Of a stretch of DNA of 64,000 nucleotides, positions 7,582 to 16,041 are shown piece after piece; within the stretch, counting starts at the first letter, position 1; every line of letters begins with the position of its first letter. This DNA is from Gemmatimonadota bacterium (lineage in GTDB: Bacteria > Gemmatimonadota > Gemmatimonadetes > Gemmatimonadales > GWC2-71-9). A program made the translations under genes and the position numbers. The notes under the pieces are model-generated. The model saw only the letters and a list, made by a program, of their open reading frames with translations, ran no database searches and was not told the origin of the DNA. The stretch spans positions 1,545-65,544 of the forward strand of contig JBKPOS010000099.1 in the NCBI GenBank assembly GCA_046733215.1, given 5' to 3'.

Positions 7582-9126
7582 ATGAGCTCGCAGGACTCGT
7601 CGTTCTCCCACCTCGACCGACGCTCTTTTCTCGAGAACGCGGCTGCCGTCACCGCGGCGCTTGCGCTCCCGACCCGTTTCCCGTTTGGCGCGAGCAAACC
7701 TCCTGACCTGAGCGCGATCTTCGCCCAGATCGAGAAGCAGCACGATCAGTCCGTCCAGCGGCTGCAGGACTGGATTCGGCAGCCGTCCATCGCGGCGGAA
7801 AATAAGGGAATGAACGAAGGCTGTGCGTTGACCATGCGGATGCTGTCCGACGCCGGCTTCGACAAGGTGACCAAAATCCCGACTGACGGCCAACCTGGCA
7901 TCTTCGCCACACTGGATGCCGGTACCTCGCGCACGGTCGGCCTCTACTTCATGTACGACGTCAAGCAGGTGGACCCGGCCGAGTGGACTTCGCCTCCCTG
8001 GGATGCAGCGGTGGTCGATAAGCAGGGTCTGGGAAAGGCGGTGGTGGGCCGGGGGGCCGTGAACCAGAAAGGTCCGGAGGCCACGTTCCTCGCGGCCCTG
8101 CACGCCATTCGCGGCACCGGCAGGAAGCCGCCCGTGAACTTGGTCCTCGTCGCCGAGGGCGAGGAAGAGATTGGCTCGCCGCACTTTCCGCAGATCGTCC
8201 GCCGACCGGAGGTGCTCGCGGCGCTGCGCAAGACCATGGGTATTTTCATGCCCTCCGCCAGTCAGGGACTCGACGGGCAGGTGACCATCAATCTTGGCGC
8301 CAAAGGTGTGATCGAGTGCGAGCTGGTCTCCAGCGGAGAGCGCTGGGGCCGGGGACCGCAGAAAGACATTCACTCCAGCAACAAGGCCCGCGTAGACAGC
8401 CCTGCGTGGCATCTGGTCCAGGCACTGACCACCCTGGTCTCAGCCGACGGCAACGATCCCGCCATCGACAACTTTGCAGCAAAGGCTCGCCCTCTCTCGG
8501 CGGACGAGAAAGCGATGATTGCCGCGGCCGCCCGCCGCCTGGACGAGAGCGCGGCGAAAACGCAGCTCGGAGTGCAGCACTGGGTTCGTGATGTCGACTG
8601 GAACACGGCTCTCGAGCTTCTCATGTCCCGTCCGACGGTCAACATCGAAGGACTGGTCGGGGGCTACACCGGACCCGGCGGGAAGACGATCCTGCCCCAC
8701 CGGGCCGTGGCCAAGCTCGACCTTCGGCTGGTGCCGGACATGACGGCGGCGGAGGCGCTGGCCGCGCTCAAGACTCACCTCGCCAAGCGGGGCTACAGCG
8801 ACATCGAAGTGAACATGACGGGCGGCTACGACCCGACCAGCACGCCCAAAGCCGCCGCCGTGGTCAAGGCTCAGGAAGCCGTGTATCGTCGCTCGAACAT
8901 CGACCCCATCATACTTCCGCGCGCTGCTGGCTCCTGGCCGGGCTACGTATTCACGGGCGAGCCACTCCGCCTGGCCGCCGGCCACTTCGGTCTGGGACAT
9001 GGCAGCGGTGCCCATGCTCCCGACGAGTACTATGTCATCGAATCGACCAACCCCAAGATCGAGAGCTTCGATCGCGCGACTCGTTCCTACGTCGAATATC
9101 TCTACGAGCTGGCCGGAGCCGGTTGA
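7582..9126 (+). CDS. Tat-exported M20-family metallopeptidase (ArgE/DapE/ACY1/CPG2 family)
   Basis: ATG 7582 has GGAGG 5 nt upstream. Twin-arginine signal HLDRRSFLENAAAVTAALALP. M20 blocks LYFMYDVKQVD, VVGRGAVNQKG, VLVAEGEEEIGSPHF and GAHAPDEYY. Confidence 0.8.
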   Translation: MSSQDSSFSHLDRRSFLENAAAVTAALALPTRFPFGASKPPDLSAIFAQIEKQHDQSVQRLQDWIRQPSIAAENKGMNEGCALTMRMLSDAGFDKVTKIPTDGQPGIFATLDAGTSRTVGLYFMYDVKQVDPAEWTSPPWDAAVVDKQGLGKAVVGRGAVNQKGPEATFLAALHAIRGTGRKPPVNLVLVAEGEEEIGSPHFPQIVRRPEVLAALRKTMGIFMPSASQGLDGQVTINLGAKGVIECELVSSGERWGRGPQKDIHSSNKARVDSPAWHLVQALTTLVSADGNDPAIDNFAAKARPLSADEKAMIAAAARRLDESAAKTQLGVQHWVRDVDWNTALELLMSRPTVNIEGLVGGYTGPGGKTILPHRAVAKLDLRLVPDMTAAEALAALKTHLAKRGYSDIEVNMTGGYDPTSTPKAAAVVKAQEAVYRRSNIDPIILPRAAGSWPGYVFTGEPLRLAAGHFGLGHGSGAHAPDEYYVIESTNPKIESFDRATRSYVEYLYELAGAG

Positions 9127-9201
9127 GCCCTGGTCTCGATCGGCAACGGCCTAAACCACCACTGGCGGGTCGGTTGGAGGACAGAGACACGAAGGGGTGA
9201 G

Positions 9202-9242
9202 CCCGCGCACACCAATCGTGCGGCGCGGCGGACGGATTTTTT
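9202..9242 (+). terminator. Possible terminator after the M20 peptidase gene
   Basis: Imperfect GC hairpin CCGCGCAC-ACCAATC-GTGCGGCGCGG, followed a few nt later by TTTTTT (9237-9242). Confidence 0.3.
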
Positions 9243-9300
9243 CGCTTCACGGACCTAACCATGCATGACTTGGTGACTTTACCCTCGTACGGAGGTTGTC

Positions 9301-9855
9301 ATGCTTGGCATAACATCGATCGCCGGCGCAGCGCTGGCTGGCGTGCTTTCATTGAGCCCTCGCGTCGCGGCGCCCCCCTCCGGCCCGGCAATAAACATCC
9401 CGCCGGGAACCAGTGTGCCCGTGACGCTGGATCAGGACATTCCGCTCAAAAAAGAGCAATTTGGGCAGACCTTCGACGCGCACGTAAGCCGGGACGTCAT
9501 GGTCAATGGCAAGGTCAGCGTTCCGCAAGGCTCTCCGGCCAAGGTCAAGCTGGTTCAGAGCTCCGATTCGTCGAAAAGCGACAACGCAACGCTCCAGCTG
9601 GCTGAGGTGCGGGTAAACGGGGAGAATCAGACCGTGAATAGCGGCGATGCTCAGCCTGATACCGAACGCAGCCACGAAGGCTTGGGCAAGAAGACCGGTA
9701 TCGGCGCCGCTGCTGGTGCCGTCGTCGGTGCAATAACGGGAGTTGGTGTGATTAAAGGTGCTGTGCTAGGCGCAGGTGGCGGTCTGGCGTGGGGTATGCT
9801 TGGTGGATCGAAGCAGATCGGGAAGGACACGCAGGTCCAATTCGAGACCAGGTAA
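9301..9855 (+). CDS. Secreted hypothetical protein with C-terminal glycine-zipper
   Basis: GGAGG lies 5 nt upstream of ATG 9301, and the N-terminus is a signal peptide. The C-terminal segment GIGAAAGAVVGAITGVGVIKGAVLGAGGGLAWGMLGG is a glycine-zipper type membrane segment. Confidence 0.6.
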   Translation: MLGITSIAGAALAGVLSLSPRVAAPPSGPAINIPPGTSVPVTLDQDIPLKKEQFGQTFDAHVSRDVMVNGKVSVPQGSPAKVKLVQSSDSSKSDNATLQLAEVRVNGENQTVNSGDAQPDTERSHEGLGKKTGIGAAAGAVVGAITGVGVIKGAVLGAGGGLAWGMLGGSKQIGKDTQVQFETR

Positions 9856-9875
9856 TTGCAGCATTCGCGCAACGC

Positions 9876-9915
9876 AAAGGCCTCGTCGAAAGACGGGGCC
9901 TTTGACTTGGTTTTC
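9876..9915 (+). terminator. Intrinsic terminator after 9301..9855
   Basis: AAAGGCC(9876-9882)...GGCCTTT(9897-9903) stem with an inner TCGTC/GACG pairing, then T-rich GACTTGGTTTTCG. Confidence 0.5.
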
Positions 9916-10120
9916 GATGGATCGTCGGTAATAGTTGGAAGCAGTAACGACTTGGTAAATCTCTCCGCACAGGTGGACATCGCGGTGGAAAAAACGGGAC
10001 TAGCGGTGTGGAAACAAAAACCATAGCATAGCGCCTTCCCCATGCGAGCCGCTCTGGCGGCACCCCGCGAGACGCCTGCTTTTCGGTCGTGGCTGATGAG
10101 CCGCGAGCCCGGAGACTCCG

Positions 10121-10336
10121 ATGACGCAGACGATTCACTCCCCCTCTCACGCTAACCTTCTCCGTGAAATTGCCCGCAATCTCGAACGCACCCTGATCAG
10201 GTCGGGCGAGGAGCGCGTGTGCTTGACGCACGCCACCGCCGGCCGGTCATCGTGCGTGTGCTATCGGGATGCCGGGCATGACGGCGCCCATCGGTGCGCG
10301 TGCGGCTCCGAGTGGGATGGGAGATTCTGGCGGTAG
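10121..10336 (+). CDS. Small Cys/His-rich hypothetical protein (71 aa)
   Basis: ATG with GGAG 7 nt upstream. Third codon positions are strongly G/C-biased, as in real genes here. C/H pattern: CLTH...CVCYRDAGHDGAHRCAC. I recognise no homology. Confidence 0.35.
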   Translation: MTQTIHSPSHANLLREIARNLERTLIRSGEERVCLTHATAGRSSCVCYRDAGHDGAHRCACGSEWDGRFWR

Positions 10337-10647
10337 TTTTACAGGGCACACCCGAATCATCCACAGTGGAAATGTGGGGGGCCATCGTAAACCTGGCCTC
10401 TCGCATGCCTTTGCCGTGACGCGCCGCGCGCCGCGATGTGTGGACGACGTGTGGAGGCCGGTGTGGATTGGCTCGAATTGCATCGCACAAGTCGAACTGG
10501 GCAAAGAGCCATCCGGGTCGCGACGCAGGCGCTGAATCGTGCCGCGCTCGATTGGGCTTTGCGCTGGTTCCCGTTGACTAACTTCATGTGGGACAACTAT
10601 TTTTTCGGGCTCTTGATATGCCGGATCTATCGCAGGCTCGGAGCCAA

Positions 10648-11571
10648 ATGCTCCTGATGAGCGGTACGGCCAACCGCCCTCTCTCCGAAGAGGTGGCGGC
10701 ACATCTTGGTCAGCCGCTTTGCCAGATCACGATCCGGCGCTTCGCGGACGGCGAGATTTTCGTCAAGATCGACGAGAACGTGCGCGGGCGGGATGTCTTT
10801 ATCATCCAGCCCACCAACCCGCCGGCGGAAAACGTGATGGAGCTCTTGCTCCTCATGGATGCAGCTCGGCGCGCGAGTGCAGCCCGGATTACGGCAGTGA
10901 TTCCGTACTTCGGCTACGCCCGGCAGGATCGCAAGGAGCAACCCCGCGTTGCCATCAGCGCGAAGTTGCTTGCGAACATGGTGTCGGTCGCGGGCGCGGA
11001 CCGGGTGCTGGCAATGGACTTCCACCAGCATCAACTGCAGGGGTTCTTCGATCTGCCGGTCGATCACCTGTACGCCGCGCCGGTGTTCGTGAACCATTAT
11101 CGCCAGAAAGCACTGCGGGAGCTGGTGGTGGTAGCGCCGGACGTCGGCTCTGCCAAGATGGCACGAGGGTTTGCCAAGCGGCTCAACGCCTCGATTGCCA
11201 TCATCGATAAGCGACGCCCGTCGGCCAACATCGCCGAGGTGGTGAACGTCGTGGGTGAGGTTACCGGTAAGGACTGCCTCATCCCGGACGACATGATCGA
11301 TACAGCGGGCACCATGGTCGAGGCGGTGCACGCGTTGAAGCGGCTCGGCGCAGAGGACATCTATTGCTGCGCCAGTCACGCGTTGCTCTCGGGACCGGCG
11401 GTAGAGCGATTCATGAAGTCACCGGTGAAGGAAGTCGCGGTGACTAATACGATCGCGATTCCTCCGGAGCGCTGCTTCGAGCGCCTGAGAGTGCTTTCAA
11501 TTGCGGGATTGTTGTCCAAGGCGATCGGGTACACCCACAGCGACCAGTCGGTGAGCTCGCTCTTCGACTAG
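10648..11571 (+). CDS. prs: Ribose-phosphate pyrophosphokinase
   Basis: RGRDVFIIQPT, YFGYARQDRK, DFHQHQLQGFFDLPVDHL, VVVAPDVGSAKMAR and LIPDDMIDTAGT (PRPP loop). Start trimmed to ATG 10648 (MLLMSGTANRPL). Confidence 0.9.
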   Translation: MLLMSGTANRPLSEEVAAHLGQPLCQITIRRFADGEIFVKIDENVRGRDVFIIQPTNPPAENVMELLLLMDAARRASAARITAVIPYFGYARQDRKEQPRVAISAKLLANMVSVAGADRVLAMDFHQHQLQGFFDLPVDHLYAAPVFVNHYRQKALRELVVVAPDVGSAKMARGFAKRLNASIAIIDKRRPSANIAEVVNVVGEVTGKDCLIPDDMIDTAGTMVEAVHALKRLGAEDIYCCASHALLSGPAVERFMKSPVKEVAVTNTIAIPPERCFERLRVLSIAGLLSKAIGYTHSDQSVSSLFD

Positions 11572-11604
11572 CTGATAGCCGCTAGCTGATAGCTGATAGC
11601 AGCC
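11570..11604 (+). repeat. Tandem heptamer array (AGCTGAT)x5, two units degenerate, beginning inside the prs stop codon
   Basis: Read directly: AGCTGAT AGCCGCT AGCTGAT AGCTGAT AGCAGCC. The prs TAG (11569-11571) overlaps the first unit. Confidence 0.9.
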
Positions 11605-11627
11605 AGTTCCCAAACAGGATCTCATCA

Positions 11628-12299
11628 ATGGCTCAGCAAGCAACCCTCCAGGCTGCCACTCGCTCGGAAACGGGCAAAGGAGCCTCGCGCGCGTTTCGCC
11701 GGACCGGTCGAGTCCCGGCCGTCATCTACGGGCACGACCGGCCTGCCGAAGCCGTGACGATCGAGACTCTCCCCCTCACCAAGCTGCTCAGCACTATCAG
11801 CGCATCGACCACCATCGTGGATGTGACGGTGGACAGCCGCGCCCCGGTGAAGGCGCTCATCCGCGAGATTCAGCGCGATCCGCTCCGTCCGGTCAACATT
11901 CTTCACCTCGACCTGTACGAGGTGAAGGCGGACGAGAAGGTTACTGTCTCGGTTCCGGTCCGTCTGGTCGGCGTTCCAGATGGCGTCCGCAACTTCGGCG
12001 GCGTGCTGGACCAGGTCCTCTACAATCTCGACGTCGAGGTCCTTCCGGCGGACATCCCGGATCACATCGATCTGGACGTCACGGCGCTCGCCATCGGCCA
12101 TTCGCTATTCGTCCGGGACGCGCAAGTGCCGAAGGCTCGTGTGCTGAACACGCCCGAGTCACCGATCTGCTCTGTCGTTGCGCCACGCACTGAGGAAGCG
12201 CCGCCAGCAGCCGAAGTGGTCGAGGAAGCTCCGGCCGAGCCCGAGCTCATCCGGAAGCCAAAGGCCGAAGGCGAAGGCGAAGGCGAGGCAGAAGAGTAG
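11628..12299 (+). CDS. rplY: 50S ribosomal protein L25 / general stress protein Ctc
   Basis: RSETGKGASRAFRRTGRVPAVIYG...IREIQRDPLRPVNILHLDLYEV plus an acidic C-terminal extension. Classic prs-rplY-pth synteny. Confidence 0.9.
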   Translation: MAQQATLQAATRSETGKGASRAFRRTGRVPAVIYGHDRPAEAVTIETLPLTKLLSTISASTTIVDVTVDSRAPVKALIREIQRDPLRPVNILHLDLYEVKADEKVTVSVPVRLVGVPDGVRNFGGVLDQVLYNLDVEVLPADIPDHIDLDVTALAIGHSLFVRDAQVPKARVLNTPESPICSVVAPRTEEAPPAAEVVEEAPAEPELIRKPKAEGEGEGEAEE

Positions 12300-12314
12300 G
12301 CCCTGTACGCCATT

Positions 12315-12875
12315 GTGGGGCTGGGAAACCCCGGCCCGGAGTATGCGAATACCCGGCACAACGCCGGGTTCCGGCTGGCCGATCGCCTGGCGGCCCGCTG
12401 GGGGTTCGGTCCGTTTCGCCGGGGCGAGCGGGCCCGGGAGACCTCGGGCACGGTCGACGGGACCCCGGTCAAACTGCTCAAGCCGCTCACCTACATGAAT
12501 CGAAGCGGGGCCGCCGTGGCCCCGCTTCGTGCGCTTCCGGGCTTCGATCCGGCCCAACATCTGCTCATCCTCGTGGATGAGGTCGCCCTACCGGTCGGAC
12601 GTTTCCGACTTCGCGGCGCGGGCTCGGCCGGCGGCCACAATGGGCTCAAGAGCGTCGAAGGGGCACTGCAACGCCAAGACTACTCACGCCTCCGCATCGG
12701 TGTGGGTCCCAAGCCGGAAGAGATCGACGATCTGGCCGATTACGTGCTCGCGGAGTTCACCCCGGATGAGCGACAAATGCTGGACCAGCTGCTCGATCCC
12801 ATGTCCGAAGCCGTGGAGTGCTGGCTGGCGGAGGGGATTGAGAAGGCTATGAGTAAGCACAACAAACAGCAGTGA
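12315..12875 (+). CDS. pth: Peptidyl-tRNA hydrolase
   Basis: GLGNPGPEYANTRHNAGF, KPLTYMNRSG and GGHNGLKS. The start codon is uncertain. GTG 12315 is used, but the conserved IVGLGNPG begins 1-2 codons earlier. Confidence 0.9.
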   Translation: MGLGNPGPEYANTRHNAGFRLADRLAARWGFGPFRRGERARETSGTVDGTPVKLLKPLTYMNRSGAAVAPLRALPGFDPAQHLLILVDEVALPVGRFRLRGAGSAGGHNGLKSVEGALQRQDYSRLRIGVGPKPEEIDDLADYVLAEFTPDERQMLDQLLDPMSEAVECWLAEGIEKAMSKHNKQQ

Positions 12876-12902
12876 ACCGTTCACGCAGTTCCTCGGAGCT
12901 CC

Positions 12903-14000
12903 ATGCTACGCCTCGGTATTGTCGGCTTGCCCAACGTCGGCAAGTCCACCCTGTTCAATGCGCTCACCTCCGCCAGGGCACTAGTGGCGAACTATCCTTT
13001 CGCCACGATCGAGCCGAATACGGGTGTCGTGCAGGTCCCGGATGCTCGGCTCGACGCCATCGCCGCCATTGTCGTTCCCGAGCGCGTTGTGCCGGCGGCG
13101 GTCGAGTTCGTGGACATCGCGGGCCTGGTCAAAGGGGCCAGCCAGGGTGAAGGATTGGGCAACCAGTTTCTGGCGAATATCCGTGAAGTGGACGCAATTC
13201 TTCACGTGGTGCGCTGTTTCGAAGATCCCGACGTTCAGCATGTGATGGGGCCGGTGGATCCGGTGCGAGACCGCGAGGTGATCAACATCGAGCTCGGGCT
13301 CGCGGACCTTGCCACCGTAGAAAAACGGCTGGACAAGACCGCACGCACCGCCAAGTCGGGTGACCCTCAGGCTAAAGTCGAGCAACGTCTGCTCGAAGCC
13401 ATCCGCAGCGCCCTCGCGGAGGGTAAGGCTGCCCGCACCATCGTTCCGACAACCGAGGAAGCTCCGGTGTACTGCTCGCTCAACCTGCTCACGAGCAAGC
13501 CGGTGCTTTATGCCGCGAACGTGGCGGAGTCGGAGATAACCGAAGGCAACCGGTTCGTGGATGCACTGGTCTCCGCCGTGCAGCGCGACGGCGAACAAGC
13601 GGAAGTCGTGACGTTTTCGGCGAAAGTCGAAGCTGAGTTGGCCGAGCTGCAGCCGGAAGACAGAAGTGAGTTCCTCGCCTCGCTCGGGCTCGAGGAATCA
13701 GGGCTCGACCGGCTCGCTCACGCCGCGTACCACCTGTTGGGTCTTCAGAGCTACTTCACCGCGGGTGAGAAGGAAGTCCGGGCCTGGACTATTCATCGGG
13801 GTGACCGGGCGCCGGAGGCCGCCGGCGTGATTCATTCCGATTTCGAGAAAGGCTTCATTCGTGCGGAAACCGTGGGTTACGACGATTTCGTGCGGGTGGG
13901 TGGGTGGAGGCCGGCGCGTGAACAGGGCCTGGCGCGAGCCGAAGGCAAGGAATACGTGGTGCAGGACGGCGACGTGATGCTCTTCCGATTCAATCCCTGA
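12903..14000 (+). CDS. ychF: Redox-regulated ATPase YchF
   Basis: GIVGLPNVGKSTLFNALT, FVDIAGLVKGASQGEGLGNQFL and the C-terminal DFEKGFIRAE...VVQDGDVMLFRFN. Confidence 0.9.
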   Translation: MLRLGIVGLPNVGKSTLFNALTSARALVANYPFATIEPNTGVVQVPDARLDAIAAIVVPERVVPAAVEFVDIAGLVKGASQGEGLGNQFLANIREVDAILHVVRCFEDPDVQHVMGPVDPVRDREVINIELGLADLATVEKRLDKTARTAKSGDPQAKVEQRLLEAIRSALAEGKAARTIVPTTEEAPVYCSLNLLTSKPVLYAANVAESEITEGNRFVDALVSAVQRDGEQAEVVTFSAKVEAELAELQPEDRSEFLASLGLEESGLDRLAHAAYHLLGLQSYFTAGEKEVRAWTIHRGDRAPEAAGVIHSDFEKGFIRAETVGYDDFVRVGGWRPAREQGLARAEGKEYVVQDGDVMLFRFNP

Positions 14001-14038
14001 CCCTCTATACTTCCGCGCGTCAACAACTTCCCTCTTCG

Positions 14039-14059
14039 GCTCGACACCAGAGTCGGAGC
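14039..14059 (+). promoter_or_regulatory. Hairpin in the rpsF 5' leader (possible S6:S18 autoregulatory element)
   Basis: GCTCGAC-ACCAGA-GTCGGAGC forms 7 bp with one bulged G. It ends 22 nt before the rpsF ATG. The function is inferred only from its position. Confidence 0.25.
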
Positions 14060-14081
14060 GCTCAGACCAAAGGACGGTGAC

Positions 14082-14423
14082 ATGACCCGCCAGTACGAGG
14101 TGGTCTACATCTTCGACAGTGCGCTCGAAGAAGCGGCCATCAACGACCGACTCGCTCGGTACCACACCCTCATCCAGCGACCCGGTGTCGAAACGCCCCA
14201 GGTATCCCACTGGGGGAAGCGCACCTTGTCGTATCCCATCAAGAAGCACGAGACCGGGTACTACGTCGTCGCCAAGTTCGATGCCGACGGTGCCGCGCTT
14301 CCCGAGTTCGAGCGCGCCGTGAAGCTCGACGAATCAGTGCTTCGCTTTCTCGTCGTTGTGAACGAGGGTGCCCAGCCGGTGCCCGTCACAACCGCCAAGG
14401 GTGACGAGGAGGACGACGAATGA
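14082..14423 (+). CDS. rpsF: 30S ribosomal protein S6
   Basis: [17 protein letters not shown]...[20 protein letters not shown], with an acidic tail. Confidence 0.9.
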   Translation: MTRQYEVVYIFDSALEEAAINDRLARYHTLIQRPGVETPQVSHWGKRTLSYPIKKHETGYYVVAKFDADGAALPEFERAVKLDESVLRFLVVVNEGAQPVPVTTAKGDEEDDE

Positions 14424-14641
14424 GGCGGCCTCAGAAAACCTGCGCGATCTGCGAGTCGGGCGTTCGGATCGTGGACTACAAGGATGAACGCACGCTGCAG
14501 CGATTTCTCACCGAGCGTGGCAAGATTCTGCCCAGCCGGCTGTCGGGGACCTGTGCACGGCATCAACGCCAGTTGAGCACCGCCATCAAGCGGGCTCGCC
14601 AGCTCGCACTGTTGCCGTACATCAAGGGCTTCGGCGGCTGA
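14420..14641 (+). CDS. rpsR: 30S ribosomal protein S18
   Basis: ATGA overlap with rps[45 protein letters not shown]. Confidence 0.9.
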   Translation: MRRPQKTCAICESGVRIVDYKDERTLQRFLTERGKILPSRLSGTCARHQRQLSTAIKRARQLALLPYIKGFGG

Positions 14642-14655
14642 CGCAGGTCGCCGGA

Positions 14656-15591
14656 ATGAGCGGTCTGCCGCCCGGTCGCCGCGCGCGTCCGGGCGTGTTG
14701 GCTTTGGCCTTGGCGTATCTGTTGCTCGCCCCGCCCGGATTCCTGCTTGGGCCGCTGGCGGGGCTGCTTGCCTTGTCGCGGCCCACAACGTTCCGCGAAT
14801 GGGCCTGGCTGGGACTCGCCGCCGGGTGGATGTGCGTTTGGCTGGTTCCGGCGGGCAATCTGATGGATCAGTTGTTGCGCGCGGCCGCGGTGCTGATCAC
14901 CGGCGGGTTCCTCGCTTTCACTCTGGTCGGCCGGGCGCCGGTGTTTCGGCGCGGTCTGGCAGCCCTGGGGTTTGCAACAGCGGCGCTGGTGCTCTGGGCC
15001 TCCGCCTTTCACCTGGCGTGGTCCGACCTCAAAGCAGTCATCGGCCGCGATGCCGCGCGCAACTTGAGCGCCCTGGCCAGCCAGGCCGCGACCGCCGGCA
15101 GCGACGAGACCGCCGAGCTGCTGCGGCAGATGGCAAGCAGCGCCCCGTCGATGGCGATGCTTACCCCTGCCCTGGTCTTCCTGAGCGGATTGCTGGGCAC
15201 GCTGCTCGCCTGGAACCTCTATCAGGGGATCGCGGTACGGGCGATGGGCGACCCGCCGGCACCTTTCCCGAGCTTTCGCTTCAGCGATCAGATGGTCTGG
15301 CTTCCGGTCGCAGGCCTGGCGCTGGTCCTCTTTCCACCGGTACCGGCTCTGGGGGAGCTGGGTGCCAACCTGCTCCTCGTCGCAGTGGCTCTGTATGCGG
15401 CTCGCGGCCTTGCTGTGGTAGGGGCCGGGGCAGGTCGGGTTCCCCGGCTTACGACTACGTTCGTGGCGCTGATTGCCTTCTTTCTCTTACCGTTTGTTGT
15501 CGGCGGGCTTACGCTCCTTGGCCTGGCCGACACCTGGCTAGATTTCCGGGGACGCCCGGCGTCTCCCGGCACCGGAGGGTTCGACCGATGA
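14656..15591 (+). CDS. Polytopic membrane protein (DUF2232/YybS-like by position and topology)
   Basis: Multiple hydrophobic segments. It sits between rpsR and rplI, as yybS does in Firmicutes, and has an ATGA overlap with rplI. The family call is tentative. Confidence 0.55.
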   Translation: MSGLPPGRRARPGVLALALAYLLLAPPGFLLGPLAGLLALSRPTTFREWAWLGLAAGWMCVWLVPAGNLMDQLLRAAAVLITGGFLAFTLVGRAPVFRRGLAALGFATAALVLWASAFHLAWSDLKAVIGRDAARNLSALASQAATAGSDETAELLRQMASSAPSMAMLTPALVFLSGLLGTLLAWNLYQGIAVRAMGDPPAPFPSFRFSDQMVWLPVAGLALVLFPPVPALGELGANLLLVAVALYAARGLAVVGAGAGRVPRLTTTFVALIAFFLLPFVVGGLTLLGLADTWLDFRGRPASPGTGGFDR

Positions 15592-16034
15592 TCGAAGTGA
15601 TCCTGCGTGAAGATGTGAAGTCGCTCGGCAGGGCCGGAGAGCTGGTCCGGGTGCGACCTGGCTACGCCCGCAACTTCCTGCTTCCCCAGGGGCTCGCTTT
15701 TGAAGCCACCGAGGGTAACAAGAAGCGGATTGCGGCGGAGTCCAAAGCCCGGAGCAGCCGGGTCGAGACGGAGCGCGCAGAGGCCCAGGCCTTCGCCAAC
15801 AGGCTCGCGGAAAGCGCGTTGACGGTGACCGGCAAGGCGGGCGAAGAGGGCAAGCTGTTCGGGTCGATCACGGCTCACGACATTGCCGAGGGGCTGGCGA
15901 AGCAGGGGGTCGAGGTAGACCGCCGGCGCATCGAGTTGGGCCAGCCGATCAAGAGCCTCGGGTTTCACACCGTGGCAGTGCGGTTGCACCCTGATGTCCA
16001 CGCAGAGGTTCGGGTCCAAGTCGTCGGCGAGTAA
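15588..16034 (+). CDS. rplI: 50S ribosomal protein L9
   Basis: Last 148 codons of ORF 14799..16034. MIEVILREDVKSLGRAGELVRVRPGYARNFLLPQGLA. ATG 15588 was verified. Confidence 0.9.
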   Translation: MIEVILREDVKSLGRAGELVRVRPGYARNFLLPQGLAFEATEGNKKRIAAESKARSSRVETERAEAQAFANRLAESALTVTGKAGEEGKLFGSITAHDIAEGLAKQGVEVDRRRIELGQPIKSLGFHTVAVRLHPDVHAEVRVQVVGE

Positions 16035-16041
16035 CCTGGCC

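Noticed and set aside
7432-8412. N-terminal 327 codons of the 506-aa ORF 6892..8412
   Set aside because: It is antisense to the well-supported M20 peptidase gene and has no recognisable motifs. ChrB-N homology begins only at the ATG at 7431, which has its own promoter-like elements.
10160-10215. TPP-riboswitch-like string GAACGCACCCTGATCAGG
   Set aside because: It only resembles the ACCUGAUC core. There is no CUGAGA element, no complementary P5 partner and no thiamine gene downstream, and it lies inside the GC3-biased small ORF.
11570-11604. Heptamer arrays (also 26421-26567 and 44142-44646) considered as CRISPR arrays
   Set aside because: The period is 7 nt with no spacers, there are only 3-5 units per array, and no cas genes are present. 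They are tandem microrepeats or inverted repeats, not CRISPR.
14799-15587. Upstream 263 codons of the 411-aa ORF that ends as rplI, and likewise 17523..17891 upstream of rsfS
   Set aside because: They overlap the membrane-protein and DAK2/DegV genes in other frames. L9 and RsfS homology start at 15588 and 17892 respectively.
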